Origin: Lewinellaceae bacterium
GTDB lineage: Bacteria > Bacteroidota > Bacteroidia > Chitinophagales > Saprospiraceae
NCBI GenBank assembly: GCA_020636105.1
Contig: JACJYL010000002.1
Coordinates: 496,001 to 560,000 of the forward strand
DNA: 64,000 bases
Direction of reading: 5' to 3'
Each line of letters opens with the position of its first letter. Positions within the stretch are counted from its first letter, which is position 1. The position numbers and the translations under genes are program-made. This document shows positions 16,187-24,087 of the stretch, piece by piece. The notes beneath the pieces are model-generated. The model ran no database searches and was not told where the DNA came from. It saw only the letters and a list, made by a program, of their open reading frames with translations.

Positions 16187-16258
16187 TAGTCCGTACGGGA
16201 ATCGAACCCGTGTTACCAGGATGAAAACCTGGCGTCCTAACCCCTAGACGAACGGACC
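16187..16258 (-). tRNA. tRNA-Glu (anticodon UUC)
   Basis: Hand-folded 72-nt cloverleaf: GGTCCGT/TC/GTCT-AGGGGTTA-GGAC/G/CCAGG-TTTTCAT-CCTGG/TAAC/ACGGG-TTCGATT-CCCGT/ACGGACT/A. No encoded CCA. Position 1:72 is a G-T (G.U) pair. Confidence 0.9.
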
Positions 16259-16288
16259 ATTTAAGTGGGCTTTTCTTCAAAAGCGATG

Positions 16289-16296
16289 CAAATATA
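16289..16296 (-). promoter_or_regulatory. Candidate -7 box (TATATTTG) for tRNA-Glu
   Basis: The reverse complement of CAAATATA matches TAnnTTTG, about 31 nt upstream of the tRNA 5' end. Confidence 0.4.
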
Positions 16297-16440
16297 AATG
16301 CTTTAGAAATAAAACTCCAAACTTTTTGATTTTTTTTTTCAGGTTTTATCTATAACCACTTTTTCAAAGGTTTAGTTCCTCTCTAATTCGTTGAAAGTCA
16401 GCGTTATCTAAAAAAACACAAAAAGGGAGTTAGGGAATTT

Positions 16441-16480
16441 ACTTTTTAAAGAACAAACCGGAGCGATAGATGCTCCGGTT
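16441..16480 (-). terminator. Terminator hairpin after the T9SS cargo gene
   Basis: AACCGGAGC-N7-GCTCCGGTT followed on the minus strand by TGTTCTTT. Confidence 0.5.
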
Positions 16481-16505
16481 CGTTTCTTAAAAGTGCTTCG
16501 ATTTT

Positions 16506-19500
16506 TTAGCGTTGTACCTTGACCATTTTTTTCATGATCACATGACCTCCCATATTTATTTTCAAGGCATAAAGCCCTGCAGGAAGCTCACTCACTGAAA
16601 TCTGATTCGTATTGTATTGGATGGTGCCAAACTGGACCCCTGACATATCGTAAACCGCCACTGATTCCACCGCAATGTATTGCTTGTTCATGATCGTAAT
16701 AAGATCACTTGCCGGGTTGGGATGAATCCAGGTGTCACGCATGAGGCTGATAAACCCGGCGTCCTCGTCTCTAAGTTTGGTGATTACGCTTGTCTTGTAA
16801 GGATTGTTCAGCGGAATGGGGCTTTGCGACAAGTCAATGGCATTGATCCCTGTTGCCCGTAAATCCATTTCTCCATGAATGCCCGCAATATCATCTATGA
16901 TCCCGTGCAGGATGACGATGGGCCCGTGGCCGGAAACATTATTCTGGTCGGTACGACTGATGGCAATATCAATGCTGTTGGTTTCCAGGTTAAGCCTGCT
17001 AAAGGTTATGGTATTCACCTCTGGCTCTCCCATCCAGCTTACCGGGAAAGAAACCGTCAGGTCGGCTACATTGATAATCTCCGGATCCAGTTCAATGCTG
17101 AAAGCGATGCCGTAAATATCATTCACCGGCTCCCCTTCGGTTCCCAGCATCACAGGAATTTCAAATGGATTGCCAGTAGTAAGATTCTCGGGAACATCCA
17201 TGTACACAGGCGGATCGATATCCGTTCCTTCCAGCGGAGTGAAATTCTCCACTTCACCATGCGTAAGATTGTAATTTTGCTGGATAGCAGCAATATCTGC
17301 ATTATTTACCACGCCATCCCCATTGGTATCCGCATGTTTATAATTGTTATTGTCTTCAAAGAAATGAGTCCAATTATAAGCTGACATGGCATTCCAGTCC
17401 GTAGTGGCTTCCGGACGCTGCGGGCCTTCCGATCCAAAGGCGATACCAATGTTGAGCAGGTCAAAATGATTGGCAATATTGTCGGTATTGGTATCTCCGG
17501 GCCAGACATCCTCATCGCACTCAAAGGTACCGAATTCATAATAGGTGTAACAGGCAGGATTACCAATATCGAGGATGAGAAAATCATACTCGGTACTGCC
17601 ATCTCCTTCAAATGGACCAATAGTCACAAAGGGCAAAGCATAGCTGAATGGACCAAAAATATCCCCATTGGCAAAAATGTAGTATCCCAGCGGACCGTTA
17701 TTGGTTGTATGGAACGCGACATCCACACTAAAAATATCATTATTGCAATCCGTTATATGAGGTTCTACCACCACATCCCAGAAATTGCATCCCCCCGGGT
17801 TACAGGCCGGTGTTTCTACTAAGAAATCAGTACAGCAGTCCGGGTGGTCATTATCACAGATCCTGACATGGAAGTTTTCTCCTTCAAAAGGACCCACACC
17901 TTCTATAAACTGGGTCAGATTATCATAGGCATAAGAGCCTTGGAATTCATTATTGATAAAAAGCTGGTAATAATTGTTGATCGTATTGACGGGGATGAAG
18001 TTCAAAGCGAAGTTATAAGAACCATTGTCATTACAACCCTCGAAGTTCATGGTGATGTCATGGAAGCCACAGCCCTCTGGAGAACAATCAATAGGTCCAA
18101 TAATATCATAGTTCTGGCAGTCAGGGAATTGGTTGTCGGTGACCACAAATTCGTAAACCGTCTCTCCGTTGCCGGCAAAGGGTCCCAGGGTAATGAAAGG
18201 CAACTCATAACTGAAATTGCCATAATTGTTGCCGTTGCCATTAACATGGAATCCTTCATTGCCGTGGTTGGGTGCTACGACTTCAAGGTCAACGAAGAAA
18301 AAACCGTCTTCGTTGCAGTCATGCGCTTCCACGATGACATGGTTGATGGCACAGTCTCCACCGCCGCAGTTCGGCGTTTCCACATTGTGGTCCCAGCAAC
18401 AATCGGGATTGTCATTGTCGCATATCCGAATATTGAAATGGTTGTCGTTGAAAGGTCCTATATTTTCCAGGAAAATCGGCAGATCAGCATAAGAATAATA
18501 TCCATAGAACTCATTATTGAGGTAGAAATCGAAATGGGTATTCGTGGTATTCACCGGAGTGAAGTTCAGAATGTAGTTGTACCCGCCGTTGTCATGGCAG
18601 CCTTCAAAGTTGAAGGTCACCTCTTGAAAACCGCAATCATTGGGGAAGCAATCGATCGGGCCAACAAGTCCGTAATTCTGACAATCCGGAAATTCCAGGT
18701 CAGTGACGATGAATTCATAAACAGTTGTGCCATTGCCTTGAAGAGGTCCTATGGTAACAAACTCAGGCTCATAGCTGAAGTTGCCGTACTCATGACCGTT
18801 GCCGTGAACGCTGAAGCCCTGGGTGCCCAGATTAGCGCCCTGTACCGAAAGGAATACATAAAACAGTCCATCCGCATTACATTCACCGGCCTGCACCGCA
18901 ACATTTTCGATTACACAATTATCAGAAACCGGGCAGTTCGGCGTTTCCACATTGTGGTCCCAGCAACAATCAGCATTGTCATTGTCGCATATCCGAATAT
19001 TGAAATGGTTGTCGTTGAAAGGTCCTATATTTTCCAGGAAAATCGGCAGATCAGCATAGGAATAATATCCATAGAACTCATTATTGAGGTAGAAATCGAA
19101 ATGGGTATTCGTGGTATTCACCGGAGTGAAGTTCAGAATATAATTGTAACCACCATTATCGTGACAGCCTTCAAAATTGAAGGTCACCTCTTGAAAACCA
19201 CAATCGAGAGGAGGGCAAACCGGAGTTGGCACTTCAACTGAAGCACAGCAATCTGTAAGGGCATTGTCGCAAATGGTAAGGGTAAAAAAATCTGTATTGA
19301 GTGGCCCAAAAGAAACCAGGTGAACCGGAAGGTTTTCATAAGCATAAGTGCCAAGAAATTGCTCTCCTAAAAATACATCGAATCCATCGAAACCCGTATT
19401 GGTATAATTAAAATTCAATAAATAATTATAGGCACCAATCGTTCCCTCACTGGTACATGACTGAAAATCAAGCACCACATCATAAATATTACATTGCGGA

Positions 19501-19844
19501 GGGGCGCAATCGACTGTACCGATTTCCACAAAATTGGAGCATTCTCCAAATTGGTTATCAATAACCACAAACTCATAAGAAGTGGTACCATTGCCTTCCA
19601 GGGGGCCGATAGTGATGAAGTTGGGTTCATAACTGAAATCCCCGTAATCATGGCCGTTTCCAAGTACACTAAATCCTTCGCCACCGTGATTGGTCGCCTG
19701 GACATGAAGGAACACGTTAAAAAAGCCGTCCACACAATCAGATTGCTCTACAAGGATATTATCTATGGAGCAATCCTGGGCATGATTCAAAAAGGGTACC
19801 CATAAAAATATTAACAGGAAAAATAACTTTGAAAATTTGAACAT
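16506..19844 (-). CDS. Large secreted modular Cys-rich protein with dockerin-like, cohesin-like and T9SS C-terminal sorting domains
   Basis: Start trimmed to MFKFSKLFFLLIFLWVPFLNHAQ (signal peptide). Eight ~95-aa Cys-framed modules of two alternating types. DTNGDGVVNNADIAAIQQNY is dockerin/EF-hand-like. C-terminal HPNPASDLITI...LYALKINMGG...KVQR is a T9SS CTD. Confidence 0.85.
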   Translation of the reverse strand: MFKFSKLFFLLIFLWVPFLNHAQDCSIDNILVEQSDCVDGFFNVFLHVQATNHGGEGFSVLGNGHDYGDFSYEPNFITIGPLEGNGTTSYEFVVIDNQFGECSNFVEIGTVDCAPPQCNIYDVVLDFQSCTSEGTIGAYNYLLNFNYTNTGFDGFDVFLGEQFLGTYAYENLPVHLVSFGPLNTDFFTLTICDNALTDCCASVEVPTPVCPPLDCGFQEVTFNFEGCHDNGGYNYILNFTPVNTTNTHFDFYLNNEFYGYYSYADLPIFLENIGPFNDNHFNIRICDNDNADCCWDHNVETPNCPVSDNCVIENVAVQAGECNADGLFYVFLSVQGANLGTQGFSVHGNGHEYGNFSYEPEFVTIGPLQGNGTTVYEFIVTDLEFPDCQNYGLVGPIDCFPNDCGFQEVTFNFEGCHDNGGYNYILNFTPVNTTNTHFDFYLNNEFYGYYSYADLPIFLENIGPFNDNHFNIRICDNDNPDCCWDHNVETPNCGGGDCAINHVIVEAHDCNEDGFFFVDLEVVAPNHGNEGFHVNGNGNNYGNFSYELPFITLGPFAGNGETVYEFVVTDNQFPDCQNYDIIGPIDCSPEGCGFHDITMNFEGCNDNGSYNFALNFIPVNTINNYYQLFINNEFQGSYAYDNLTQFIEGVGPFEGENFHVRICDNDHPDCCTDFLVETPACNPGGCNFWDVVVEPHITDCNNDIFSVDVAFHTTNNGPLGYYIFANGDIFGPFSYALPFVTIGPFEGDGSTEYDFLILDIGNPACYTYYEFGTFECDEDVWPGDTNTDNIANHFDLLNIGIAFGSEGPQRPEATTDWNAMSAYNWTHFFEDNNNYKHADTNGDGVVNNADIAAIQQNYNLTHGEVENFTPLEGTDIDPPVYMDVPENLTTGNPFEIPVMLGTEGEPVNDIYGIAFSIELDPEIINVADLTVSFPVSWMGEPEVNTITFSRLNLETNSIDIAISRTDQNNVSGHGPIVILHGIIDDIAGIHGEMDLRATGINAIDLSQSPIPLNNPYKTSVITKLRDEDAGFISLMRDTWIHPNPASDLITIMNKQYIAVESVAVYDMSGVQFGTIQYNTNQISVSELPAGLYALKINMGGHVIMKKMVKVQR
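18367..18638. repeat. 272-bp intragenic direct repeat, copy 1
   Basis: Near-identical to 18934-19205 at an offset of 567 bp. Encodes the module CGFQEVTFNFEGCHDNGGYNYILNF...CCWDHNVETPNC. Confidence 0.9.
18934..19205. repeat. 272-bp intragenic direct repeat, copy 2
   Basis: See copy 1. There are only a few mismatches in the first ~190 bp. Confidence 0.9.
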
Positions 19845-20003
19845 AGCGGGATGTTTTTCTTTTAGGATTTTTTGATGATACAAAAATGTAACCTGGCACA
19901 CCAAATTAAAACTACATTTCAATACATTTTTTGTAAAAAACAAGTAATATTGCGATACATATTTTGACTTAAAAAATTGATTTACAATTTATTATAACAA
20001 ATA

Positions 20004-20011
20004 TAAATTTG
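20004..20011 (+). promoter_or_regulatory. Candidate -7 box TAAATTTG
   Basis: Matches TAnnTTTG 10 nt upstream of the ATG at 20021. Confidence 0.4.
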
Positions 20012-20020
20012 TAAAAAATT

Positions 20021-21478
20021 ATGATAAATCATAAAATATTTGAAGTACTTTCCACCTTTTCAAGGAAAGAAATGAGCCGATTCGAAGCTTTTGTTCATTC
20101 TCCCTATTTCAACAAGCATAAAGGCGTAAGTATTCTGGTCGCTTATCTGAGTAAAATTTACCCGGATTTCCATGCCGGGAATTGCTCTAAAGAGACGCTG
20201 ATCAGGAAGGGTTACACTCCCAAAGGTACGGATTTTAAACAACTGGCTCTTATTTTCACTTACACGAAGCGCCTGCTCGATCAATTTATGATCACCGAAG
20301 CTCATAATAAACAGACCTTTGAAGGGAGGCTTTTGTTGCTTAAGGAATTGCGCCAGCGTAAATGCATGAAGGTTTACAGAAAAACCCTCGTCAAATTACA
20401 GGAGGAAATGGAGCAGGAAGATAAAAAAGACAGCGCTGCCCTCCAAAATCAATATGCCCTGGCAAAGGAGGCTGATAACTTTTACCTCCAGACCGATGGC
20501 CGAAAAAGCGACCCCAGCCTGGAACTTAAAATGCGTAAACTCGACTATTTCTATATGACAGAAAAACTGAAGGATGCAGTAGAAGTACACAACCGTACTA
20601 ATATTTTGCGGGGCAATTATTCCAACAGGATGCTCGATGGTGTGCTGAAGGAGATCTCCGACAATTTAAAGGAATACGAAAGCGTACCGGTCGTATTTAT
20701 TTATTATAAAATTTTTCAACTGGTTTTCAATGACGAGGAACGATTCTATTTCGAGGCGCTGGAATTTATGCGAAAAAACGAACAATATTTAAGAACCGAA
20801 GAACGCATTGTCATCTATAATTATTTTCAAAATTACTGCATCAAACAAATCAATCGCAACCAACTTCCTTTCCTTTCCGAACTTTTCCAGTTGTATCAAT
20901 TACAGTTGAAGGAAGAATTGATCTTTGATGACCAGTATCTTTCGGAATGGCATTATAAAAACATCGTCACCACAGCCATCCGGCTCGACGAAACGGAATG
21001 GGTCCGTCAATTCATCTACGAATACAAAGAAAGATTAAGACCCGAATCGGTGGAAAACGCCTTTAGGTTTAACCTGGCTTCATACTACCATGCCATCGGG
21101 GAATACGGGAAAGTACTTGAATTATTGTTGCGCCTGGAATACAGTGATCTCCGCTACAACCTTGGCGCCAAAGCCCTCCTGCTGAGAACCTATTACGAAA
21201 TGGAAGAATTTGAAGCCCTGAATTCCCTTACCGCTTCATTCTATCAATACCTCCAAAGGAACCAACTGATGGCCGATACCCGCAAGGATGCCTATTACGA
21301 TCTTTTTCGGTTCACCAAAAGAGTGGCCCAACTGCGGTTTGACCTCCCTTATACCAATACAGACAAACTGAGGCAAACCCTGACCAAACTGCAAAAGGAT
21401 ATCAAAAATGCTCCCATTATTTTTAACCAGGGCTGGCTGGAAAAGAAGGTTCAGGAACTTGATGGTAAAATATTTTAA
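20021..21478 (+). CDS. Hypothetical all-alpha (TPR-like) protein
   Basis: 485-aa uninterrupted ORF with helical repeat-like composition. I recognise no catalytic motif. Confidence 0.7.
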   Translation: MINHKIFEVLSTFSRKEMSRFEAFVHSPYFNKHKGVSILVAYLSKIYPDFHAGNCSKETLIRKGYTPKGTDFKQLALIFTYTKRLLDQFMITEAHNKQTFEGRLLLLKELRQRKCMKVYRKTLVKLQEEMEQEDKKDSAALQNQYALAKEADNFYLQTDGRKSDPSLELKMRKLDYFYMTEKLKDAVEVHNRTNILRGNYSNRMLDGVLKEISDNLKEYESVPVVFIYYKIFQLVFNDEERFYFEALEFMRKNEQYLRTEERIVIYNYFQNYCIKQINRNQLPFLSELFQLYQLQLKEELIFDDQYLSEWHYKNIVTTAIRLDETEWVRQFIYEYKERLRPESVENAFRFNLASYYHAIGEYGKVLELLLRLEYSDLRYNLGAKALLLRTYYEMEEFEALNSLTASFYQYLQRNQLMADTRKDAYYDLFRFTKRVAQLRFDLPYTNTDKLRQTLTKLQKDIKNAPIIFNQGWLEKKVQELDGKIF

Positions 21479-21481
21479 TGC

Positions 21482-21529
21482 GAGGATGTGAGGATGTGAG
21501 GATGTGAGGATGTGAGGATGTGAGGATGT
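21482..21529. repeat. Tandem octamer (GAGGATGT) x5 plus one variant
   Basis: Read directly from the sequence. Starts 4 nt after the stop codon at 21478. Confidence 0.95.
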
Positions 21530-21739
21530 GAGGATGCGGGAATGAAAAAAACTCCCCAATCCTGAATATCCAAAAATCCTGAAAATCCTGATCCTGACAA
21601 GAGAAAAATTGAAGATGAATAAATGCGAGGAAGAAGCGATTTGAGCGTACCAAAAGCTGTTTTCTCAACGGTAAATAGAAAAATCGTAATCCCAAAACGG
21701 TAAATAGCCATTTTTAATTCATAATTGTCGCTCCTTTTT

Positions 21740-21747
21740 TATATTTG
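21740..21747 (+). promoter_or_regulatory. Candidate -7 box TATATTTG
   Basis: Matches TAnnTTTG 27 nt upstream of the ATG at 21774. Confidence 0.5.
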
Positions 21748-21773
21748 CAGCGAATAAAAAATCAAATTAAGTT

Positions 21774-22490
21774 ATGGGACGTGCATTTGAATTTCGTAAA
21801 GAAAGAAAGATGAAACGCTGGGCCAATATGGCCAGGGTTTTTACCAAAATTGGCAGAGAGATAGCCATTGCCGTAAAAGAAGGTGGAGTAGATCCTAATT
21901 ATAATTCCAGGTTGCGCATTGCTATACAGAATGCCAAGGCAGCCAACATGCCAAAAACCAATATTGAAAGCGCCATCAAAAAAGCGAGTTCAAAAGATGC
22001 AGAGGATTATAAAGAAGTAGTATTTGAAGGATATGCCCCTCATGGCATCGCCGTAATTGTTGAAACCGCCACAGATAATAATAAACGAACTGTCGCTAAT
22101 GTGCGGATGATTTTCTCCAAATACGGAGGTTCACTGGGCACTTCAGGTTCTGTCGATTATATGTTTACCCGCAGAGGTGTCTTTAAACTCGACCCGGAAG
22201 GACTGGATCCCGAAGAACTAGAACTGGATCTGATCGATTTTGGTTTGGAGGAACTCAAAATTGACGAAGACGGTGTCATTGAATTATTTACCGCTTTTGA
22301 AGATTACGGCAAACTGCAAAAAGCACTCGAGGAAAAAAATATTGAAGTCAAAGAATCAGAATTGATTCGCGTCCCGGGACATACGACTTCCCTCTCCGAC
22401 GAGGAAGTGGAAGAAGTCATCAGGCTCATCGATAAAATGGAAGAAGACGAAGATGTGCTCAATGTGTTCCATAATATGGATATGGAGTAG
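21774..22490 (+). CDS. YebC/PmpR family DNA-binding transcriptional regulator
   Basis: 238 aa; MGRAFEFRKERKMKRWANMARVFTKIGREIAIAVKEGG.DPNYNSRLR is the characteristic family N-terminus. Confidence 0.9.
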   Translation: MGRAFEFRKERKMKRWANMARVFTKIGREIAIAVKEGGVDPNYNSRLRIAIQNAKAANMPKTNIESAIKKASSKDAEDYKEVVFEGYAPHGIAVIVETATDNNKRTVANVRMIFSKYGGSLGTSGSVDYMFTRRGVFKLDPEGLDPEELELDLIDFGLEELKIDEDGVIELFTAFEDYGKLQKALEEKNIEVKESELIRVPGHTTSLSDEEVEEVIRLIDKMEEDEDVLNVFHNMDME

Positions 22491-22497
22491 GATATTC

Positions 22498-22538
22498 AGC
22501 CACGATTGTACGATAAAAATAGGCGTGCAATCGTGGCT
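22498..22538. terminator. Hairpin between convergent genes
   Basis: AGCCACGATTG-N19-CAATCGTGGCT, an 11-bp stem with no clear T tract. Confidence 0.4.
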
Positions 22539-22547
22539 AACCCTCTT

Positions 22548-23159
22548 CTATTCCGCAAAAAACAATTCAATACCTTCCATCCCATCGGGTGTAGCAAAAA
22601 TCGCCAGTTGCTGGCTAAGGGTCCACAGGTATTTTTCAACCACTGCTTCCCGTGAAAGATTTTCATAACTCAAAAAGGCCTCCTGTATCCAAAATCTTGA
22701 AAAAAGCGAGATGAACGAAACCATAAAATCACTCCCTTTTTCATTCAACGTCAACTCCCCTGCTTTGGTCAGTCTTTGAAAAATATCTTTTTGCATCGCT
22801 TTTCGCTCCTTTTCAACCTTTTCGTAATCAAACAAATTCTGATAGATCTTCTTAATGTCCAGTGGAGAGATGACCACTCCCCGAAAATTGTATTGATTGA
22901 GAAAGACACCCCGCATAAGGGTTAAATAAGCAAACAATGTTGGTTCACCTGAAAAAAAGATCTCGTATTGAACCGTATTTCGGGCCCGGAGGTGCACCAA
23001 TATTTCTGCTACAATATCTTCTTTCCGGGGAAAATGATAAGATAAGTTCCCCACGCTAATCGACAATGAACGCGCAATTTCCCGGACTCCTACGTTATGG
23101 ATACCGGATTCATTAAACATTTTCAAGGCAGTGAGTATGATTTCGTCTCTTCTTTTCAT
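22548..23159 (-). CDS. TetR/AcrR family transcriptional regulator
   Basis: N-terminal HTH: ILTALKMFNESGIHNVGVREIARSLSISVGNLSYHFPRKEDI. Confidence 0.9.
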   Translation of the reverse strand: MKRRDEIILTALKMFNESGIHNVGVREIARSLSISVGNLSYHFPRKEDIVAEILVHLRARNTVQYEIFFSGEPTLFAYLTLMRGVFLNQYNFRGVVISPLDIKKIYQNLFDYEKVEKERKAMQKDIFQRLTKAGELTLNEKGSDFMVSFISLFSRFWIQEAFLSYENLSREAVVEKYLWTLSQQLAIFATPDGMEGIELFFAE

Positions 23160-23189
23160 ATGACAAAGATATGTTTTTCATTCAAAAAA

Positions 23190-23204
23190 TAGTACATCGT
23201 ACTA
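23190..23204. promoter_or_regulatory. Inverted repeat TAGTAC-ATC-GTACTA (candidate TetR operator 1)
   Basis: Read directly from the sequence, in the tetR-cupin divergent region. Confidence 0.6.
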
Positions 23205-23221
23205 AAATAATTTGCATTAAT

Positions 23222-23236
23222 TAGTACAATGTACTA
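23222..23236. promoter_or_regulatory. Perfect 15-bp palindrome TAGTACAATGTACTA (candidate TetR operator 2)
   Basis: Overlaps the candidate -7 box TATTTTTG (23235-23242) of the cupin gene. Confidence 0.6.
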
Positions 23237-23274
23237 TTTTTGTACAGCATATTAATTCATCAAAAAAATAAATC

Positions 23275-23826
23275 ATGAAAATTGAATATCCAGTTACGAT
23301 TGAAAATTATGGTGAGCGCCTGAGCTTCCTGGAAATTATTAAGGAAAAAGATGGCGACAAAGTCATCGTGGAAGCTTCAACAACTCCCGGCAATGGTCCG
23401 GCCATGCACACCCATTTACTTCAGGATGAATGCTTAACCGTAGAGAGCGGAAAAATGGGCTACCAAATACCCGGGGAAGAAGAAAAATTCATCGGCCCGG
23501 GAGAAACGGTCCTGTTCAAAAGAGGGGTTCCCCATAAATTTTGGAACGCCGGGGAAAGCGAACTTAAAATGAAGGGGTGGATCAAACCTGCTGATAACAT
23601 AGCTTTTTTTCTGTCCGGTGTTTATCAGGCCCAGAATAAAACCGGTGGCCCGCAGCCCGAAATCTTTGATGCTTCATATCTGCTGACCAGGTATTCCAAA
23701 GAATACGATATGCCTGAAATCCCTGTGTTTGTCAAAAAAGTAATCATGCCCATAATCGTATTCATCGGCAAACTTCTCGGCAAATACAAACATTTTGAGG
23801 GTGCACCTGCTCCGATCAAAGGCTAA
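23275..23826 (+). CDS. Cupin domain protein
   Basis: GPAMHTHLLQDECLTVESGKMGY...GVPHKFWNAG has a cupin motif spacing. C-terminal hydrophobic segment. Confidence 0.75.
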   Translation: MKIEYPVTIENYGERLSFLEIIKEKDGDKVIVEASTTPGNGPAMHTHLLQDECLTVESGKMGYQIPGEEEKFIGPGETVLFKRGVPHKFWNAGESELKMKGWIKPADNIAFFLSGVYQAQNKTGGPQPEIFDASYLLTRYSKEYDMPEIPVFVKKVIMPIIVFIGKLLGKYKHFEGAPAPIKG

Positions 23827-24087
23827 CCAAAGTTGCAGACAACAAGTTTCGGGGGGTGTAAACGTAAGTAACTCATGTTACACGCTAAATCTATGCAAAT
23901 TGAAAAATTGCCTGAATTCCTTCAAAAGAAATCTCTCAAAAGCTCGTGTCAATACGTCAAAGTACCGATATTCGTCTAAAAAAGTAGATTGCTGTACATT
24001 TTTCAGGCACTTTTAAGTTCAGCCAGGCAGTATTCTTAACGTAAATCCTTGTAACAACCGATTTCCTGGTTTCAAAAAAACAATAAA

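Larger units (their letters stand above)
1..16258. mobile_element. Integrated virus-like element (provirus) at tRNA-Glu; left boundary outside the window
   Basis: The tyrosine integrase (14829-16001) directly faces the 3' end of tRNA-Glu (16187-16258). The element has a lysis pair, a fibre-like repeat protein, a packaging-type ATPase, many tiny membrane proteins, and compact overlapping genes. Confidence 0.7.

Noticed and set aside
1-16258. Alternative readings of the element as a filamentous (inovirus) prophage, a tailed prophage or a conjugative element
   Set aside because: An inovirus is unlikely given the amidase/holin-like lysis pair, the 817-aa fibre and the >16-kb size. A tailed phage is unsupported because I recognise no terminase, portal or tail motifs. 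A conjugative element is unsupported because no relaxase, coupling-protein or Tra-like genes are seen. None of these can be formally excluded without the sequence left of the window.
17844-19241. 465-aa plus-strand ORF, along with other long plus-strand ORFs across 16680-19805
   Set aside because: It lies antisense to the 1112-aa T9SS cargo gene. That gene has a signal peptide, coherent domain repeats and a CTD. The antisense ORF translates to low-complexity I/V/R-rich sequence that mirrors the repeats, so it is a shadow ORF.
21236-21711. Minus-strand ORFs with HPHILTSS repeats
   Set aside because: They are pure translations of the GAGGATGT octamer array and overlap the 3' end of the 485-aa gene. 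They are not credible proteins.
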